In this document: piece by piece, positions 39,483-49,988 of the stretch
Numbering within the stretch: the first letter of the stretch is position 1
How the letters are laid out: the number at the start of each line of letters is the position of its first letter
From: Eubacteriales bacterium
GTDB taxonomy: Bacteria; Bacillota; Clostridia; Oscillospirales; CAG-382
Length of the DNA: 58,108 nt
Assembly (NCBI GenBank): GCA_045646465.1
Contig: JAZRKT010000114.1
Coordinates: 1-58,108, forward strand
Direction: 5' to 3'
The notes under the pieces: generated by a model
Seen by the model: the letters and a program-made list of their open reading frames with translations, nothing else
Told to the model about the DNA's origin: nothing
Databases searched by the model: none
Translations under genes and position numbers: made by a program

Positions 39483-40433
39483 TTAATTATAATTCTTACG
39501 TAAAATTTCAAGCGTTCTTTCAAAATGAGAAGGCAACGGAGCTTCAAACTCCATATACTCCCCTGTTCTCGGATGAACAATACCGAGAATTTTTGCGTGA
39601 AGGCATTGTCCCGTAAGATTAAAGGGATTTTTGCCTTCAAGCGGAGCATACAACGGGTCAGCCACAACAGGATGACCGAGATATGAGGCGTGAACTCTTA
39701 TCTGATGCGTTCTCCCCGTTTCAAGTCGGAATTCACACAGAGAGTACCCTCTGAAGCTTTCAAGTGTTTTATAATTTGTAACTGCTTGTTTGGAACTACT
39801 CTGTCTTACCGCCATTTTTTTACGGTTAACCGGATGCCTTCCGATGGGAAAATCAATCCTGCCTTCGTTTTCCTTGAAATTACCTATTACAACAGCATTA
39901 TAAACACGTTTAAAGGAATGCTCCTTAATCTGCAAAGCAAGATTATTATGCGCTTCATCGTTTTTTGCCACTACAAGAAGACCGCTTGTATCCTTATCAA
40001 TTCTATGAACAATTCCCGGTCGGATTACTCCGTTAATACCAGAAAGTCTTCCGTCACAGTAGTACATAAGGGCATTAACTAGTGTTTTATCAGGATTACC
40101 CGGTGCAGGATGAACCACCATTCCCTGAGGTTTATTTACAACAAGAATATCCTCGTCCTCATAAACCACATCAATATCAATTTTCTGGCCAACAGCCGCA
40201 CAAACCTCAACAGCAGGCAAAGTAACGGTTATCTCGGTTCCCTCAGTAACAACAAAGCTTTTCTTTGAAAGAATCTTATCATTTGTCTGAACAAGTCCCT
40301 TTTCCACAAGCTTCTGTGCGTTATTTCTTGTGATTTCACACTGAGAAGCAACGCAGACATCAAGACGCTGTCCTCCCTCACTTACGGTAAAAGTGACCGT
40401 TTCACATTCATTGTTATTTAAATTATCATTCAT
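39483..40433 (-). CDS. rluD: RluA-family 23S rRNA pseudouridine synthase (RluD-like, with S4 domain)
   Basis: HRIDKDTSGLLVVAK catalytic motif and RTHQIRVH. The start is probably ATG 40433, because the ORF-track start at 40460 lacks a ribosome-binding site. Confidence 0.88.
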   Translation of the reverse strand: MNDNLNNNECETVTFTVSEGGQRLDVCVASQCEITRNNAQKLVEKGLVQTNDKILSKKSFVVTEGTEITVTLPAVEVCAAVGQKIDIDVVYEDEDILVVNKPQGMVVHPAPGNPDKTLVNALMYYCDGRLSGINGVIRPGIVHRIDKDTSGLLVVAKNDEAHNNLALQIKEHSFKRVYNAVVIGNFKENEGRIDFPIGRHPVNRKKMAVRQSSSKQAVTNYKTLESFRGYSLCEFRLETGRTHQIRVHASYLGHPVVADPLYAPLEGKNPFNLTGQCLHAKILGIVHPRTGEYMEFEAPLPSHFERTLEILRKNYN

Positions 40434-40914
40434 TCTCTTCACCGCTTTTCTTCTTTTCATCGGGAAAGAGATTTTTATCGGTGAGCATAGCTATAAGAAA
40501 CAGCCCTGCTCCCACCACTACTGCCGCATCCGCAACATTGAACACCCACTGCCAGAAATCAAAGGCACAGAAATCAATCATATCAACAACATAGCCTCTT
40601 GCTACTCTGTCAATCATATTTCCGATGCCTCCCCCGAGAATAAGTCCAAGGGAAGCATCGAGTACCTTATTTCTTCTGCCGTATTTCACAAGTGCCCAAA
40701 TTACTGCCGCAATAAGGATTACGGAGGGAATCATAAACACTAATCTGTTTTCCGAAAACAAGCCAAATGCCATACCTTTATTCTCAACATATGTTATATG
40801 AAGAATATTTTGTATAATCGGACTGCTATCGGAAACCTCCATTGACGAAACCGTTGCTATCTTTGTCAACTGATCAACAATTACAACTATCGCCGCAAGA
40901 ATACAGGCAAACAT
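40426..40914 (-). CDS. lspA: Lipoprotein signal peptidase II
   Basis: NKGMAFG and GGGIGNMIDR...VVDMIDF motifs, four transmembrane segments. Confidence 0.9.
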   Translation of the reverse strand: MFACILAAIVVIVDQLTKIATVSSMEVSDSSPIIQNILHITYVENKGMAFGLFSENRLVFMIPSVILIAAVIWALVKYGRRNKVLDASLGLILGGGIGNMIDRVARGYVVDMIDFCAFDFWQWVFNVADAAVVVGAGLFLIAMLTDKNLFPDEKKKSGEENE

Positions 40915-43742
40915 TATGCAAGAATTTCGGGGAACGATGCCTTAACAATTGACGCGCATCTTGCACAAAGGTGCTGTTCTTCCCCAAGGTCTGTGCAATC
41001 GTTCTTTACATACCAGCATCTGTCACATTTTGTTCCTTCTGCCGCTTCAACAAGAACTGCTATGCCTGTTTCTGTTTCGCTGAACGCCTTTTCGTTTACT
41101 TCCTTGCTGAGCTTAACCTCAGAGCAAATGAAGATATCATTAAGCTCATCCTTGAAGTTTTCAAAGAAGTTATATGTTTCATCGTCCTTAATATAAATTG
41201 TAACTGAAGCATCAAGGCTCTTACCGATAAGCTTTTCTGCTCTCGCAAGTTCAAGAGCCTTCATTACGTCATCTCTGTATGCAAACAGCTTATTATAAGC
41301 CTCTGCAACATCCGAGAAAGAATACTTTTCATCGTACAGAGGAATATCGTTAAGGAACACACTTTCTGCGTTATCAGAATCAACATGGCTCATAAACTGC
41401 CACAGCTCTTCTGCTGTAAACGAAAGGATAGGAGCAAGAAGTCTTGTAAGTCCGTTAAGAACAAAGTACATTGCCGTCTGTGCACTTCTTCTTGCTTTGC
41501 TGTCCTTAGCTTCAACATACACTCTATCCTTTGAAATGTCAACATAAAGCTTAGACAGATCAATTGCACAGAAGTTATGAATATCGTGATAAATGAGGTG
41601 GAATTCATAGCTGTCATATGCCTTCTTTACTCTGTCACAAAGTGCATTGAACTGAGAAACAATCCACTTATCAATAGCTTCAAGTTCGTCAAGGGCCATC
41701 ATATCCTTATTAGGATCAAAGTCCTCTTCGGGTGTGCCGAGGTTAGCAAGAAGGATACGGGAAGTATTTCTGATTTTTCTGTAAATTTCGGAAAGCTGCT
41801 TGAAAATAGCATCCGAAACTCTTACGTCAACTCTATAGTCGCTGGAAGCAACCCAGAGTCTGAGCAAATCACCGCCATAAACCTTAATAACATCTTCGGG
41901 ATATACAGAGTTTCCAAGAGACTTATGCATCGCCTTGCCTTCGCCGTCAACAACCCAGCCGTGTGTAAGCACCTGCTTATAGGGTGCTCCCTGACCTTTT
42001 GCTGCAACTGCAGTAAGAAGTGAGGACTGGAACCAACCTCTGTACTGGTCAGCACCTTCAAGATAAAGGTCGGCAGGCCACGTTACGTCGTTATTATCTT
42101 CAAGTACACCAAAGTGTGTTGAGCCTGAGTCAAACCAGCAGTCAAGGGTATCTGTTTCCTTAACAAAGTGAGTTTTTCCGCACTTGGGACATACAAAGCC
42201 CTCAGGAAGAAGCTCAGTCGCTTCCATATCAAACCAGGCATTTGAGCCCTTCTGAGCAAAGATATTGCTAATCTTACCTATTGTTTCATCATTACAGATA
42301 ATTTCGCCGCAATCCTCGCAATAGAACACAGGAATGGGAAGACCCCATTTTCTTTGTCTTGATATACACCAGTCTGCTCTTTCACGGATCATAGAAACCA
42401 TTCTTGTTCCGCCCCACTCGGGAAGCCACTGAACACTTTCACAAGCCTGTACAGCTTCGTCCTTGAAGGATTCAACAGAGCAGAACCACTGAGGAGTTGC
42501 ACGGAAGATGATAGGATTCTTACATCTCCAGCAGTGGGGATACTGATGGGCGATTTCCTCACTTGAGAACAGTGCACCTGACTGTTTAAGATCTTCAAGA
42601 ATTGCAACATTTGACTCATCATATCTGAGACCAGCAAACTTACCTGCAAGCTCATTCTGATAGCCTCTGTCGTCAACGGCCACTTCTACGGGAAGACCGT
42701 ATCTCATACCTGTAAAATAGTCATCAGCACCGTAAGAGGGAGCAGTATGAACACAACCTGTACCGCTTTCCATTGTTACGTATTCAGCTACCGTAAGAAG
42801 GCTTTCTCTGTCAAGGAAAGGATGGTAAGCAGTCATATATTCAAGCTCACCGCCTGCAAATTCCTTAACGATTTCGTATTCAGCAACGCCGCCTGCATTC
42901 ATTGTCTTTTCTGCAAGTGCTTCGGCTGTTACATAAAAATTACCATCATTTGCCTTGATAAGAACATACTTTTCTCTGGGGTGAACGGTTATTGCCACGT
43001 TACCGGGAAGAGTCCAGGTAGTGGTTGTCCAGATGATGAAGTATGTCTTACTCTTATCGCAAACGCCTTCAAAGAGACCCTTATCATCCTTAAGAAGGAA
43101 TTTTACATAAATAGATGTACAGGTATCCTCTGCGTATTCAATTTCAGCTTCAGCAAGAGCAGTTTCATCGGAAGGACACCAGTAAACAGGCTTAAGTCCC
43201 TTGTAGATATAGCCCTTTTTGAACATTTCGCCGAATACCCTAACTTCCTTTGCTTCAAAAGCAGGCTTCATGGTAAGATAAGGATTTTCCCAATCACCAA
43301 GAACTCCAAGTCTCTTGAAGGAAGCCATCTGAATATCAACAAAGTTCTCAGCAAACTGCTGACAAGCGCTCCTAAATTCGGAAGTAGACATCTTTTTTCT
43401 ATCAAGCTTGCTCTTCTTGATAATTGCGCTTTCAATAGGCATACCGTGGTTATCCCAGCCGGGAATGTAGGGAGTATAGAAGCCCTGCATTGACTTAGAC
43501 TTATTTATAATATCCTTAAGCACCTTATTCATAGCGGTACCCATATGGATATTTCCGTTTGAAAAGGGAGGTCCGTCATGAAGCACAAAGCTTGTATTAC
43601 CCTTGTTCTTTTCAAGCATTTTGCCGTATACGTTGTTTTCTTCCCACTTCTGCTGTGTTGCAGGCTCTCTCTGAGGAAGATTTGCTCTCATAGAAAACTC
43701 TGTTTTGGGAAGATTAAGTGTCTTTCCGAAATCCTTTGACAT
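40914..43742 (-). CDS. ileS: Isoleucine--tRNA ligase
   Basis: HDGPPFSNGNIHMGT (HIGH-like), KMHKSLGN (KMSKS), a CP1 editing domain and a C-terminal zinc-binding CxxC pair. Confidence 0.95.
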   Translation of the reverse strand: MSKDFGKTLNLPKTEFSMRANLPQREPATQQKWEENNVYGKMLEKNKGNTSFVLHDGPPFSNGNIHMGTAMNKVLKDIINKSKSMQGFYTPYIPGWDNHGMPIESAIIKKSKLDRKKMSTSEFRSACQQFAENFVDIQMASFKRLGVLGDWENPYLTMKPAFEAKEVRVFGEMFKKGYIYKGLKPVYWCPSDETALAEAEIEYAEDTCTSIYVKFLLKDDKGLFEGVCDKSKTYFIIWTTTTWTLPGNVAITVHPREKYVLIKANDGNFYVTAEALAEKTMNAGGVAEYEIVKEFAGGELEYMTAYHPFLDRESLLTVAEYVTMESGTGCVHTAPSYGADDYFTGMRYGLPVEVAVDDRGYQNELAGKFAGLRYDESNVAILEDLKQSGALFSSEEIAHQYPHCWRCKNPIIFRATPQWFCSVESFKDEAVQACESVQWLPEWGGTRMVSMIRERADWCISRQRKWGLPIPVFYCEDCGEIICNDETIGKISNIFAQKGSNAWFDMEATELLPEGFVCPKCGKTHFVKETDTLDCWFDSGSTHFGVLEDNNDVTWPADLYLEGADQYRGWFQSSLLTAVAAKGQGAPYKQVLTHGWVVDGEGKAMHKSLGNSVYPEDVIKVYGGDLLRLWVASSDYRVDVRVSDAIFKQLSEIYRKIRNTSRILLANLGTPEEDFDPNKDMMALDELEAIDKWIVSQFNALCDRVKKAYDSYEFHLIYHDIHNFCAIDLSKLYVDISKDRVYVEAKDSKARRSAQTAMYFVLNGLTRLLAPILSFTAEELWQFMSHVDSDNAESVFLNDIPLYDEKYSFSDVAEAYNKLFAYRDDVMKALELARAEKLIGKSLDASVTIYIKDDETYNFFENFKDELNDIFICSEVKLSKEVNEKAFSETETGIAVLVEAAEGTKCDRCWYVKNDCTDLGEEQHLCARCASIVKASFPEILA

Positions 43743-43803
43743 TTAGAGTAGCTCCTTTTATATTGAAATAGTCTTAAACAAAAAATGTTTTAATCACGAA
43801 ATA

Positions 43804-43835
43804 TCGGCAAAGGCCCCAAAACAAGGCATTGCCGA
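43804..43835 (-). terminator. Imperfect hairpin between divIVA and ileS (possible partial terminator)
   Basis: TCGGCAA...TTGCCGA stem with an inner GCC/GGC pairing. On the minus strand it is followed by TATTTCGTGATT. Confidence 0.3.
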
Positions 43836-43855
43836 CATCAATTATTCAGTAATTG

Positions 43856-44458
43856 TCAGCCGTTATTTTCTTCAGCCGCAAGCACGTCCGCTTCAGGCTG
43901 AGGTTCTTCGGCTGTCATATCAACACCTGCATCACCCTTTGAAAGCTTTTCATGTGCAAGCACAACAGCTTTTTCTTCAAGCTGGTCATCTGTAAGCACC
44001 GGAGTAACATCTTCATCGGGCATAAGGTTATCAATCATAGTTAGATGCTTTTTATACGCTTCGTAAAGCTCGTTTTTGAACTGAGCAACCGCCAATTCGC
44101 ACTGTGTCAGCTTATCTCTTTCAGCACTCACCTTTTCTCTGTAAGCGGATAGAATTCTGTCACAGCTTTCGGATACGGCATTTTTGATTTCTGCCGCTTT
44201 TTCCTTGGCGTCATTGACTATGGCATCTGCCATTTTCTGAGCATTTACGATTGTTGCGGAAATTGTACTCTCCTCATTCTTAGCAACATCAAGCTGTTCA
44301 AGAGCTACCGCATATTTACGTTCAAGCTCCTGATGCTCAAGGTATGCCTCGTTATACTTATTGAGAAGATGAACTATATATCCGTCTACTTCACCTGTTG
44401 CATATCCCTTCAAGGTCTTTGAAAATGCAGTAGGTCTTAAATCCTGAGGAGAAATCAT
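43856..44458 (-). CDS. divIVA: DivIVA-domain cell-division protein
   Basis: N-terminal ISPQDLRPTAFSKTLKGYATGEVDGYI followed by coiled coil. Conserved position after ylmH. Confidence 0.85.
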   Translation of the reverse strand: MISPQDLRPTAFSKTLKGYATGEVDGYIVHLLNKYNEAYLEHQELERKYAVALEQLDVAKNEESTISATIVNAQKMADAIVNDAKEKAAEIKNAVSESCDRILSAYREKVSAERDKLTQCELAVAQFKNELYEAYKKHLTMIDNLMPDEDVTPVLTDDQLEEKAVVLAHEKLSKGDAGVDMTAEEPQPEADVLAAEENNG

Positions 44459-44471
44459 AATTATACCATCC

Positions 44472-45260
44472 TTAAATCATTTTATGGACAATTACTTTTG
44501 TCCTTCCCTTTTTGGTAAGTCCGCCAAGCTCGTGCACAACAAATCTGCCATAGCCTCTTACGGAAATTACATCACCCTCGCAGACGGCAACATCACACCG
44601 CCGTGCTTCAAAGTGATTTAAATTTACATTTGACACGTTAATCATCTGCTTTGCTTTTTCTCTGGACACACCTGTACACAGAGAAACAATACAGTCAAGT
44701 CTGTCAGATGCCACAGTTCCGCTTACCACCGAAAACTGAAGTTTGATTTCAGGCAGCTCACCTTCATCAACTATTCTGATTTTAACCTTGTCCCTGGCAA
44801 CGCTTTCAAGAGACGAGCACACATATTCCGCCGCAACCGATGTCATACTCAGATATGCGCTTTTATCGTCGGGCAGATAAATATCACCAAGAACCTCACG
44901 CTTGATTCCAAGTCCCAGCACCGAGCCTAAAACATCTCTGTGCCCAAAGGAATTAAAGCCAGAGCCTTTAATCTCAACTGTCGAAACATCAAACATTTCG
45001 TAAAGCTCGGTCTCATTCTCAAAACCGCCGTAAATATCTGACGGGAAAAGTCCTATCCTTACTCTCTGAGCTTGCTTGAAACCACCAAAGCTTACAACCC
45101 TGATACTGTGGGAAAAGCATTTGAAAACCTCAAGAGCCTGCTGCTTACTGCGACCGTCAAGAAAATACGTGAATGTCGGAGAATAAGTATCAAGCGCCTT
45201 ATTGCAAAGCTCCGTCATTCTTTGTTTAAATAGCGATTCCTCTTTTGTTTCGGCAATCAT
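44472..45260 (-). CDS. ylmH: YlmH-like RNA-binding (S4-domain) protein
   Basis: 262 aa, in the sepF-yggT-ylmH-divIVA order, with a C-terminal S4-like RLD......SR motif. Confidence 0.75.
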   Translation of the reverse strand: MIAETKEESLFKQRMTELCNKALDTYSPTFTYFLDGRSKQQALEVFKCFSHSIRVVSFGGFKQAQRVRIGLFPSDIYGGFENETELYEMFDVSTVEIKGSGFNSFGHRDVLGSVLGLGIKREVLGDIYLPDDKSAYLSMTSVAAEYVCSSLESVARDKVKIRIVDEGELPEIKLQFSVVSGTVASDRLDCIVSLCTGVSREKAKQMINVSNVNLNHFEARRCDVAVCEGDVISVRGYGRFVVHELGGLTKKGRTKVIVHKMI

Positions 45261-45526
45261 ATAATACTGCTCACCACCGACAAAAGAAGAAATGTAACAA
45301 AGAAAGGAATGTCTATCATCATAGGCACATTTATTCCCAAAGCATCAAACAGAGCTCTGACGGGAGTAATTACCCATTCAGTTACCGTAAAAAGGAACTC
45401 ACCCACAGGCGATTCGCCAAGTCCAGGAAACCACGAAAATATGGCTCTCAGGAACATCATAAGCATAAGAATATCAAGTATAAGGCTCACCGTTGCCTTA
45501 ACTACCGCCAAAGCAAGTATAAGCAT
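45257..45526 (-). CDS. yggT: YggT-family membrane protein (YlmG)
   Basis: 89 aa, two transmembrane segments. The LRAIFSWFP and PVR motifs are typical of YggT. Confidence 0.8.
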   Translation of the reverse strand: MLILALAVVKATVSLILDILMLMMFLRAIFSWFPGLGESPVGEFLFTVTEWVITPVRALFDALGINVPMMIDIPFFVTFLLLSVVSSII

Positions 45527-45529
45527 TAT

Positions 45530-46015
45530 TTAGAAGCCTGCAGTTGTGTCTTCAGGAACTTCAGTTGAAGCCTGCTGAGGCTGAGCCTGTGCAGCCATAC
45601 CTACCGCTTCTCTTGATACAGCAACATTGCTGGGAGTAATTGCATATGTGTTATCGGCAACCTTCTGAATACCGCCGGAAAGTGCATAAGCTGCACCTGA
45701 AAGGAAGTCGATAAGTCTTCTTGCTGTTTCTCTGTTTGTGTTTTCAAGGTTGAGAAGAACAGTCTTCTTGGAAAGAAGAAGGTCTGCTATCTGTGTTACT
45801 GTTTCATAGCTCTTGGGTGTAACAACCTTCATTTCAATTGCGCTGGATGTACCCATAACAACATTGGCGCCGCTTCTGGGCTGATATGCATTTTCCTGTG
45901 CGTGCGCAGGTGAGGTCATAAGCTCCTCGTCCTGGTTTTCAAAATCGTTTTCGTAACCGTCATCTACATCCTGTGTGTTAGGGAAAAGCTTGCCTGCAAG
46001 ATCCTTAAAATTCAT
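45530..46015 (-). CDS. sepF: Cell division protein SepF
   Basis: The C-terminal SepF domain (VVTPKSYETVTQIADLLLSKKTVLLNLE...RLIDFLSGAAYAL) follows a disordered N-terminus. Confidence 0.88.
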   Translation of the reverse strand: MNFKDLAGKLFPNTQDVDDGYENDFENQDEELMTSPAHAQENAYQPRSGANVVMGTSSAIEMKVVTPKSYETVTQIADLLLSKKTVLLNLENTNRETARRLIDFLSGAAYALSGGIQKVADNTYAITPSNVAVSREAVGMAAQAQPQQASTEVPEDTTAGF

Positions 46016-46050
46016 TGTTTAAATCCTCCTATGATTAAAAATAATTTAAT

Positions 46051-46830
46051 TTAAGTTCTGCTGCCAAACAGACTCCGTCCGATACGAACAATATTTGCTC
46101 CTTCTGTAACAGCTTGTTCATAATCGTCCGACATACCCATTGACAGATATTGCATATATATATTATCTAATTTTTTTTGCGATATGTCAAGAAATAATTT
46201 CATAATTTTTTTAAAAAAGTCACGATTTTTGTAACTTATTTTTGAACACGACACATTTTCTTGATTTTCGACGTCATTCTCTGCGTCATTTTCGCAAGAC
46301 AGATCAGATATGCACTTTGGCGGAATAGTCATAAATCCGCACACTCTGATATTGGCAAGACTTGCTATTTCTTTTAAAAATTCTTCTGCATCCTCGGGTC
46401 TGATACCACCCTTCGATTCTTCATTGCCGATATTTATTTCAACAAGCACATTCATAACTTTCCCGATTTTTGCGCACTGCTTATCAATTTCCTTTGCAAG
46501 CTTTACCGAATCAACGGAATGTATCATACTCACCTTATCGACAATATACTTTACCTTGTTTGTCTGCAGCGTACCTATAAAGTGAATGTCAACCTTATCT
46601 TTGTTGATAAAATCGTATTTTTCAAGCAGCTCCTGCACTCTGTTTTCTCCGATGCAGGTGATGCCGTTATCAATGGCAAAATTGATGGTATCAGCATCTA
46701 CCGTTTTTGTTGCGGCAAGAAATATTACATCATCAGGGTTTCTGCCTGCTGCAATTGCTGCCTGTTTTATATTCTGCTTTGCTTCATTTATTTTTTGCAA
46801 AACAACCTCGTTTGAAAATTTACCTTCCAC
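46051..46830 (-). CDS. yggS: YggS-family pyridoxal-phosphate homeostasis protein (YlmE), with an internal insertion
   Basis: LAATKTV (PLP Lys), GENRVQEL, HFIGTLQTNK and LSMGMSDDYE..A...GA..VRIG. GTG start with GGAGAG 6 nt upstream. Confidence 0.85.
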   Translation of the reverse strand: MEGKFSNEVVLQKINEAKQNIKQAAIAAGRNPDDVIFLAATKTVDADTINFAIDNGITCIGENRVQELLEKYDFINKDKVDIHFIGTLQTNKVKYIVDKVSMIHSVDSVKLAKEIDKQCAKIGKVMNVLVEINIGNEESKGGIRPEDAEEFLKEIASLANIRVCGFMTIPPKCISDLSCENDAENDVENQENVSCSKISYKNRDFFKKIMKLFLDISQKKLDNIYMQYLSMGMSDDYEQAVTEGANIVRIGRSLFGSRT

Positions 46831-46841
46831 GACATTCTCTC

Positions 46842-48128
46842 CTATCCTACAATTTTTCCGTCAAACAGCTCTTTACCCGAAACAATGACATTATCGTAAA
46901 GAGAAATCTGTTTATACGGCGACTCAGCCTTTTCTTCTTCAAAAGCATCAGAGCTTTTTCCGTAACGAACAATGTAATAGTTATCAGTTTCGTCAATAAT
47001 ATCAACACTTCTGTAGTGAATGACATCACCGATAAGCACATAGACACCGTTAACGCCGTCAATAACTCTCAATGCTTTTTTGGGAATAGACAGTCCGCTT
47101 GTTTCCTTCAGTACGATTTCTGCCTTCTGTCCCCTTTTGAAATTAAAATCATCAGGCATTACGTTTGCACGGAAAACAGCTAGTGCCTCAGCTGAAGTGG
47201 TTTCAGTTATTTTACGTATAAGCTTCATTGTAATTTCGGCATCTCCGCTTTCGGGATACGTCAGCTTATAGCTTTTGTTTTCTTCAAGAAACGCCGCCTT
47301 ATCCGACGGAATTTCGCACACGGTATACCAAACATAATCATTGATTATCTTCACCGCCCCTGATGCCGCAAGGCTTAAATCACTGTCAGACTGAGTGAGC
47401 TCTTTAAAGCTTTCAAGCGTAAGTGTATCAACAAGATCAACAGTAAAAATTTCCTCATAACCGTCCGTTTCTCCGTAAAAATATCCAGACGATGACGCAT
47501 ACACCGAGCTTGAATTGGTATTTATCTTTCTTTCAATAGCATTTCTTCTTTTGATGAGCTCTTCTCTTTCATTAGTGTAATCGCTTTCGGTATTTACAAT
47601 AAGGTCGCGTCTGTTAAGCTCAACAAGAAGAAGTGCAGATGCATCAACGGCATCGGAAATTTTCCCTTTTGATGCGCTTGAATAAACGTCGCTGAATATT
47701 TCCCCGATATCTCCGTCGATTTTTGACAGGTCAGTTATAACATACCTTGAATCAACGCTGCTGTCATCGATTATTGCAATACGTCTGTCTATTCTGTTGA
47801 TTTCATCCTGCAAAACAGAATCCTCTTCATTGGGATAAATGTTTGCAAGCAGCTGACCCTTGGAAACTCTTTCACCATCGGAAACCACCGTTACCGTTGT
47901 TCCGTTATTATCCTTTGCCAACACCGTTTCATCCCTGAAAACATATGCTCTTGCATCAACGCTGTCATTAACCGTCACAAGCACAGCTGTTTCGGTGAGA
48001 ATATCGGAATCAAAATTTGCCGTCGCCTGAAGCCACATATATACTACAAGTCCTGCTCCCGCAAAAACAAAAATAAGAGCTTTAAGCAGTTTTATGGGAT
48101 CAGGCAGCAGCTTTGAAAATTTATCCAT
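46842..48128 (-). CDS. HlyD/membrane-fusion-like protein with an N-terminal anchor
   Basis: One N-terminal transmembrane helix (LKALIFVFAGAGLVVYMWL) and barrel-sandwich-like motifs (V..G..V.KGQLLA...). The start at ATG 48128 overlaps the miaA TGA. Confidence 0.5.
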   Translation of the reverse strand: MDKFSKLLPDPIKLLKALIFVFAGAGLVVYMWLQATANFDSDILTETAVLVTVNDSVDARAYVFRDETVLAKDNNGTTVTVVSDGERVSKGQLLANIYPNEEDSVLQDEINRIDRRIAIIDDSSVDSRYVITDLSKIDGDIGEIFSDVYSSASKGKISDAVDASALLLVELNRRDLIVNTESDYTNEREELIKRRNAIERKINTNSSSVYASSSGYFYGETDGYEEIFTVDLVDTLTLESFKELTQSDSDLSLAASGAVKIINDYVWYTVCEIPSDKAAFLEENKSYKLTYPESGDAEITMKLIRKITETTSAEALAVFRANVMPDDFNFKRGQKAEIVLKETSGLSIPKKALRVIDGVNGVYVLIGDVIHYRSVDIIDETDNYYIVRYGKSSDAFEEEKAESPYKQISLYDNVIVSGKELFDGKIVG

Positions 48129-49072
48129 CAAATTTCCTCCCCAAGATACTCCGACACAAGTGCAATAGCCTTTTCGCACATTTCCCTGTCGGTAAGATTA
48201 TCTCTGTATATCCACTTAATATCAGCATTTTTCTTAAACCACGTAAGCTGTCTTTTTGCGTAACGTCTTGAATTTCGCTTAAGAATTTCGATACATTCTT
48301 CAAGTGTCATTTCACCGTTGAAATAAGGTAAAAACTCTTTATAAGCAATTGCCTGTGAAGCTGTTTTTGTCGTGAGCACACCTTCATCATACAGACTTTT
48401 TGCTTCGTCAAGCAGTCCCGCTTCAAGCATTAAGTCAACACGCTTATCAATTCTGTCATACAGCCTTTGTCTGTCCTCAAAATCAAGCCCTATAACAATG
48501 CAGTCCTTAGGCTTTGCATTGATTTTTGAGCGTCTGTTCCACTCACTTGCACTCACTCCCGTTGTTTCGTAAACCTCAACGGCGCGAAGCACTCTTTTAA
48601 CGTTATTTTTATCAATGCTTTGCGCCGATTCTTCATCAATTTCGCAAAGCCGTCGGTACAAGGCCTCGCTCCCGTTATTTTCAAGAAAGCTGACAACACG
48701 GTTATGCACATCAGGGTTATTTTCAAAGGAATCGAATTCAATTCCCGACAAAAAGCTTGTAATATAAAGTCCCGTTCCACCGCAAAAAACAGGCAGAACT
48801 CCCCTGTCATCAAGCTCGCTTACCACAGTTGAAGCATCCTTAACATAGTCAGAAACAGAATATTCCTCTCCGGGCTCAAGAAAGTCCACAAGATGATGTG
48901 GCACGCCGTCCATTTCCTCGGATGTCGGTTTTGCCGTACCGATATTCATTCTTTTATAAACCTGCATTGAATCGCAGGAAACAACTTCACCGCAAAAGCG
49001 TTTTGCGATAACAACCGCAAGTGAGCTTTTTCCCGATGCCGTAGGCCCTACGACAGCAATCATTTTACCCAT
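48128..49072 (-). CDS. miaA: tRNA dimethylallyltransferase
   Basis: VVGPTASGKS P-loop, SCDSMQVYKRMNIGTAKP and GGTGLY. The start is probably ATG 49072 or 49063. Confidence 0.92.
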   Translation of the reverse strand: MGKMIAVVGPTASGKSSLAVVIAKRFCGEVVSCDSMQVYKRMNIGTAKPTSEEMDGVPHHLVDFLEPGEEYSVSDYVKDASTVVSELDDRGVLPVFCGGTGLYITSFLSGIEFDSFENNPDVHNRVVSFLENNGSEALYRRLCEIDEESAQSIDKNNVKRVLRAVEVYETTGVSASEWNRRSKINAKPKDCIVIGLDFEDRQRLYDRIDKRVDLMLEAGLLDEAKSLYDEGVLTTKTASQAIAYKEFLPYFNGEMTLEECIEILKRNSRRYAKRQLTWFKKNADIKWIYRDNLTDREMCEKAIALVSEYLGEEI

Positions 49073-49988
49073 TGACCTTCGCCTTTCTTTCTGGTATCTG
49101 AGCAATTATAATGGCAGTAAACATAACAACACAGCCGACAGCTTCCTGTGCGGAAGGAAGTCTGCCAAGCACCACAATCTGCGAAAGCACTGCGAACACC
49201 GATTCAAGGCTCATAAGCAACGATGCGATAACAGGAGGAGTTTTTTTCTGTCCCACTATCTGAAGCGTATAAGCTATGCCGCTTGAGCAGATACCTGCAT
49301 ACAGTATAGGAAATGCTCCCTGTACTATGCCGTCAATTGTAGGCTGTTCAAATATAAGCATAAGAACGCAGGAAATTGTACCTGCAACAAGAAACTGCAT
49401 AAGACTGAGCTTGACTTCATCAATCTTTGTTACAAAAAGGTCGACAACAATAATGTGAAGCGCAAATGAAAAAGCACACAGAATTACAAAAAAGTCGCCG
49501 ATACCAACTGCCATTGTACCGCCCGATAGCTTTGATAAATCAATGCAAAGCAGGAAAAGACCTGCGACAGCAAGCGCAATACAGCCCCATACTCTTACTC
49601 CCACTCTTTTTCTTGCGAAAAGTCCGTAAACAGGTACAAGCAAAATATACATAGCCGTAATAAAGCCTGCCTTTCCCGATTCAGAGCCAAGAGACATACC
49701 TATCTGCTGCAAATTCATCGACAGACAAAGCACAAGTCCGCAGGCAATTCCGCCTAAAAGCAGATTTTTATTGTCCTGCTTTGTTGGTTTTACATATGTA
49801 CCCTTTGCCTTTTTGAAAGCCGTCATAATTGCTATTACAACCAGCAAAAATGCAGAGCCCACAATACTTCTTACACCTTGAAAGGTAAAAGCACCCACAG
49901 TATTCACTTCCTGAGCAACAAAGGTACTGCCCCACAAAAGTGCCGCAAGTGTAAGGCAAAAGTTGCCGGCAAACATTTTATTATTCAT
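49065..49988 (-). CDS. DMT-superfamily (EamA-type) transporter
   Basis: Ten predicted hydrophobic segments in two EamA-like halves. Confidence 0.75.
   Translation of the reverse strand: MNNKMFAGNFCLTLAALLWGSTFVAQEVNTVGAFTFQGVRSIVGSAFLLVVIAIMTAFKKAKGTYVKPTKQDNKNLLLGGIACGLVLCLSMNLQQIGMSLGSESGKAGFITAMYILLVPVYGLFARKRVGVRVWGCIALAVAGLFLLCIDLSKLSGGTMAVGIGDFFVILCAFSFALHIIVVDLFVTKIDEVKLSLMQFLVAGTISCVLMLIFEQPTIDGIVQGAFPILYAGICSSGIAYTLQIVGQKKTPPVIASLLMSLESVFAVLSQIVVLGRLPSAQEAVGCVVMFTAIIIAQIPERKAKVNG

Noticed and set aside
43743-43855. An expected T-box leader upstream of ileS.
   Set aside because: The spacer is only about 113 nt. It lacks the conserved T-box sequence (AANNNGGGTGGTACCGCG-like) and the specifier-loop architecture. 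It holds only one imperfect hairpin, which is probably a leaky terminator after divIVA.
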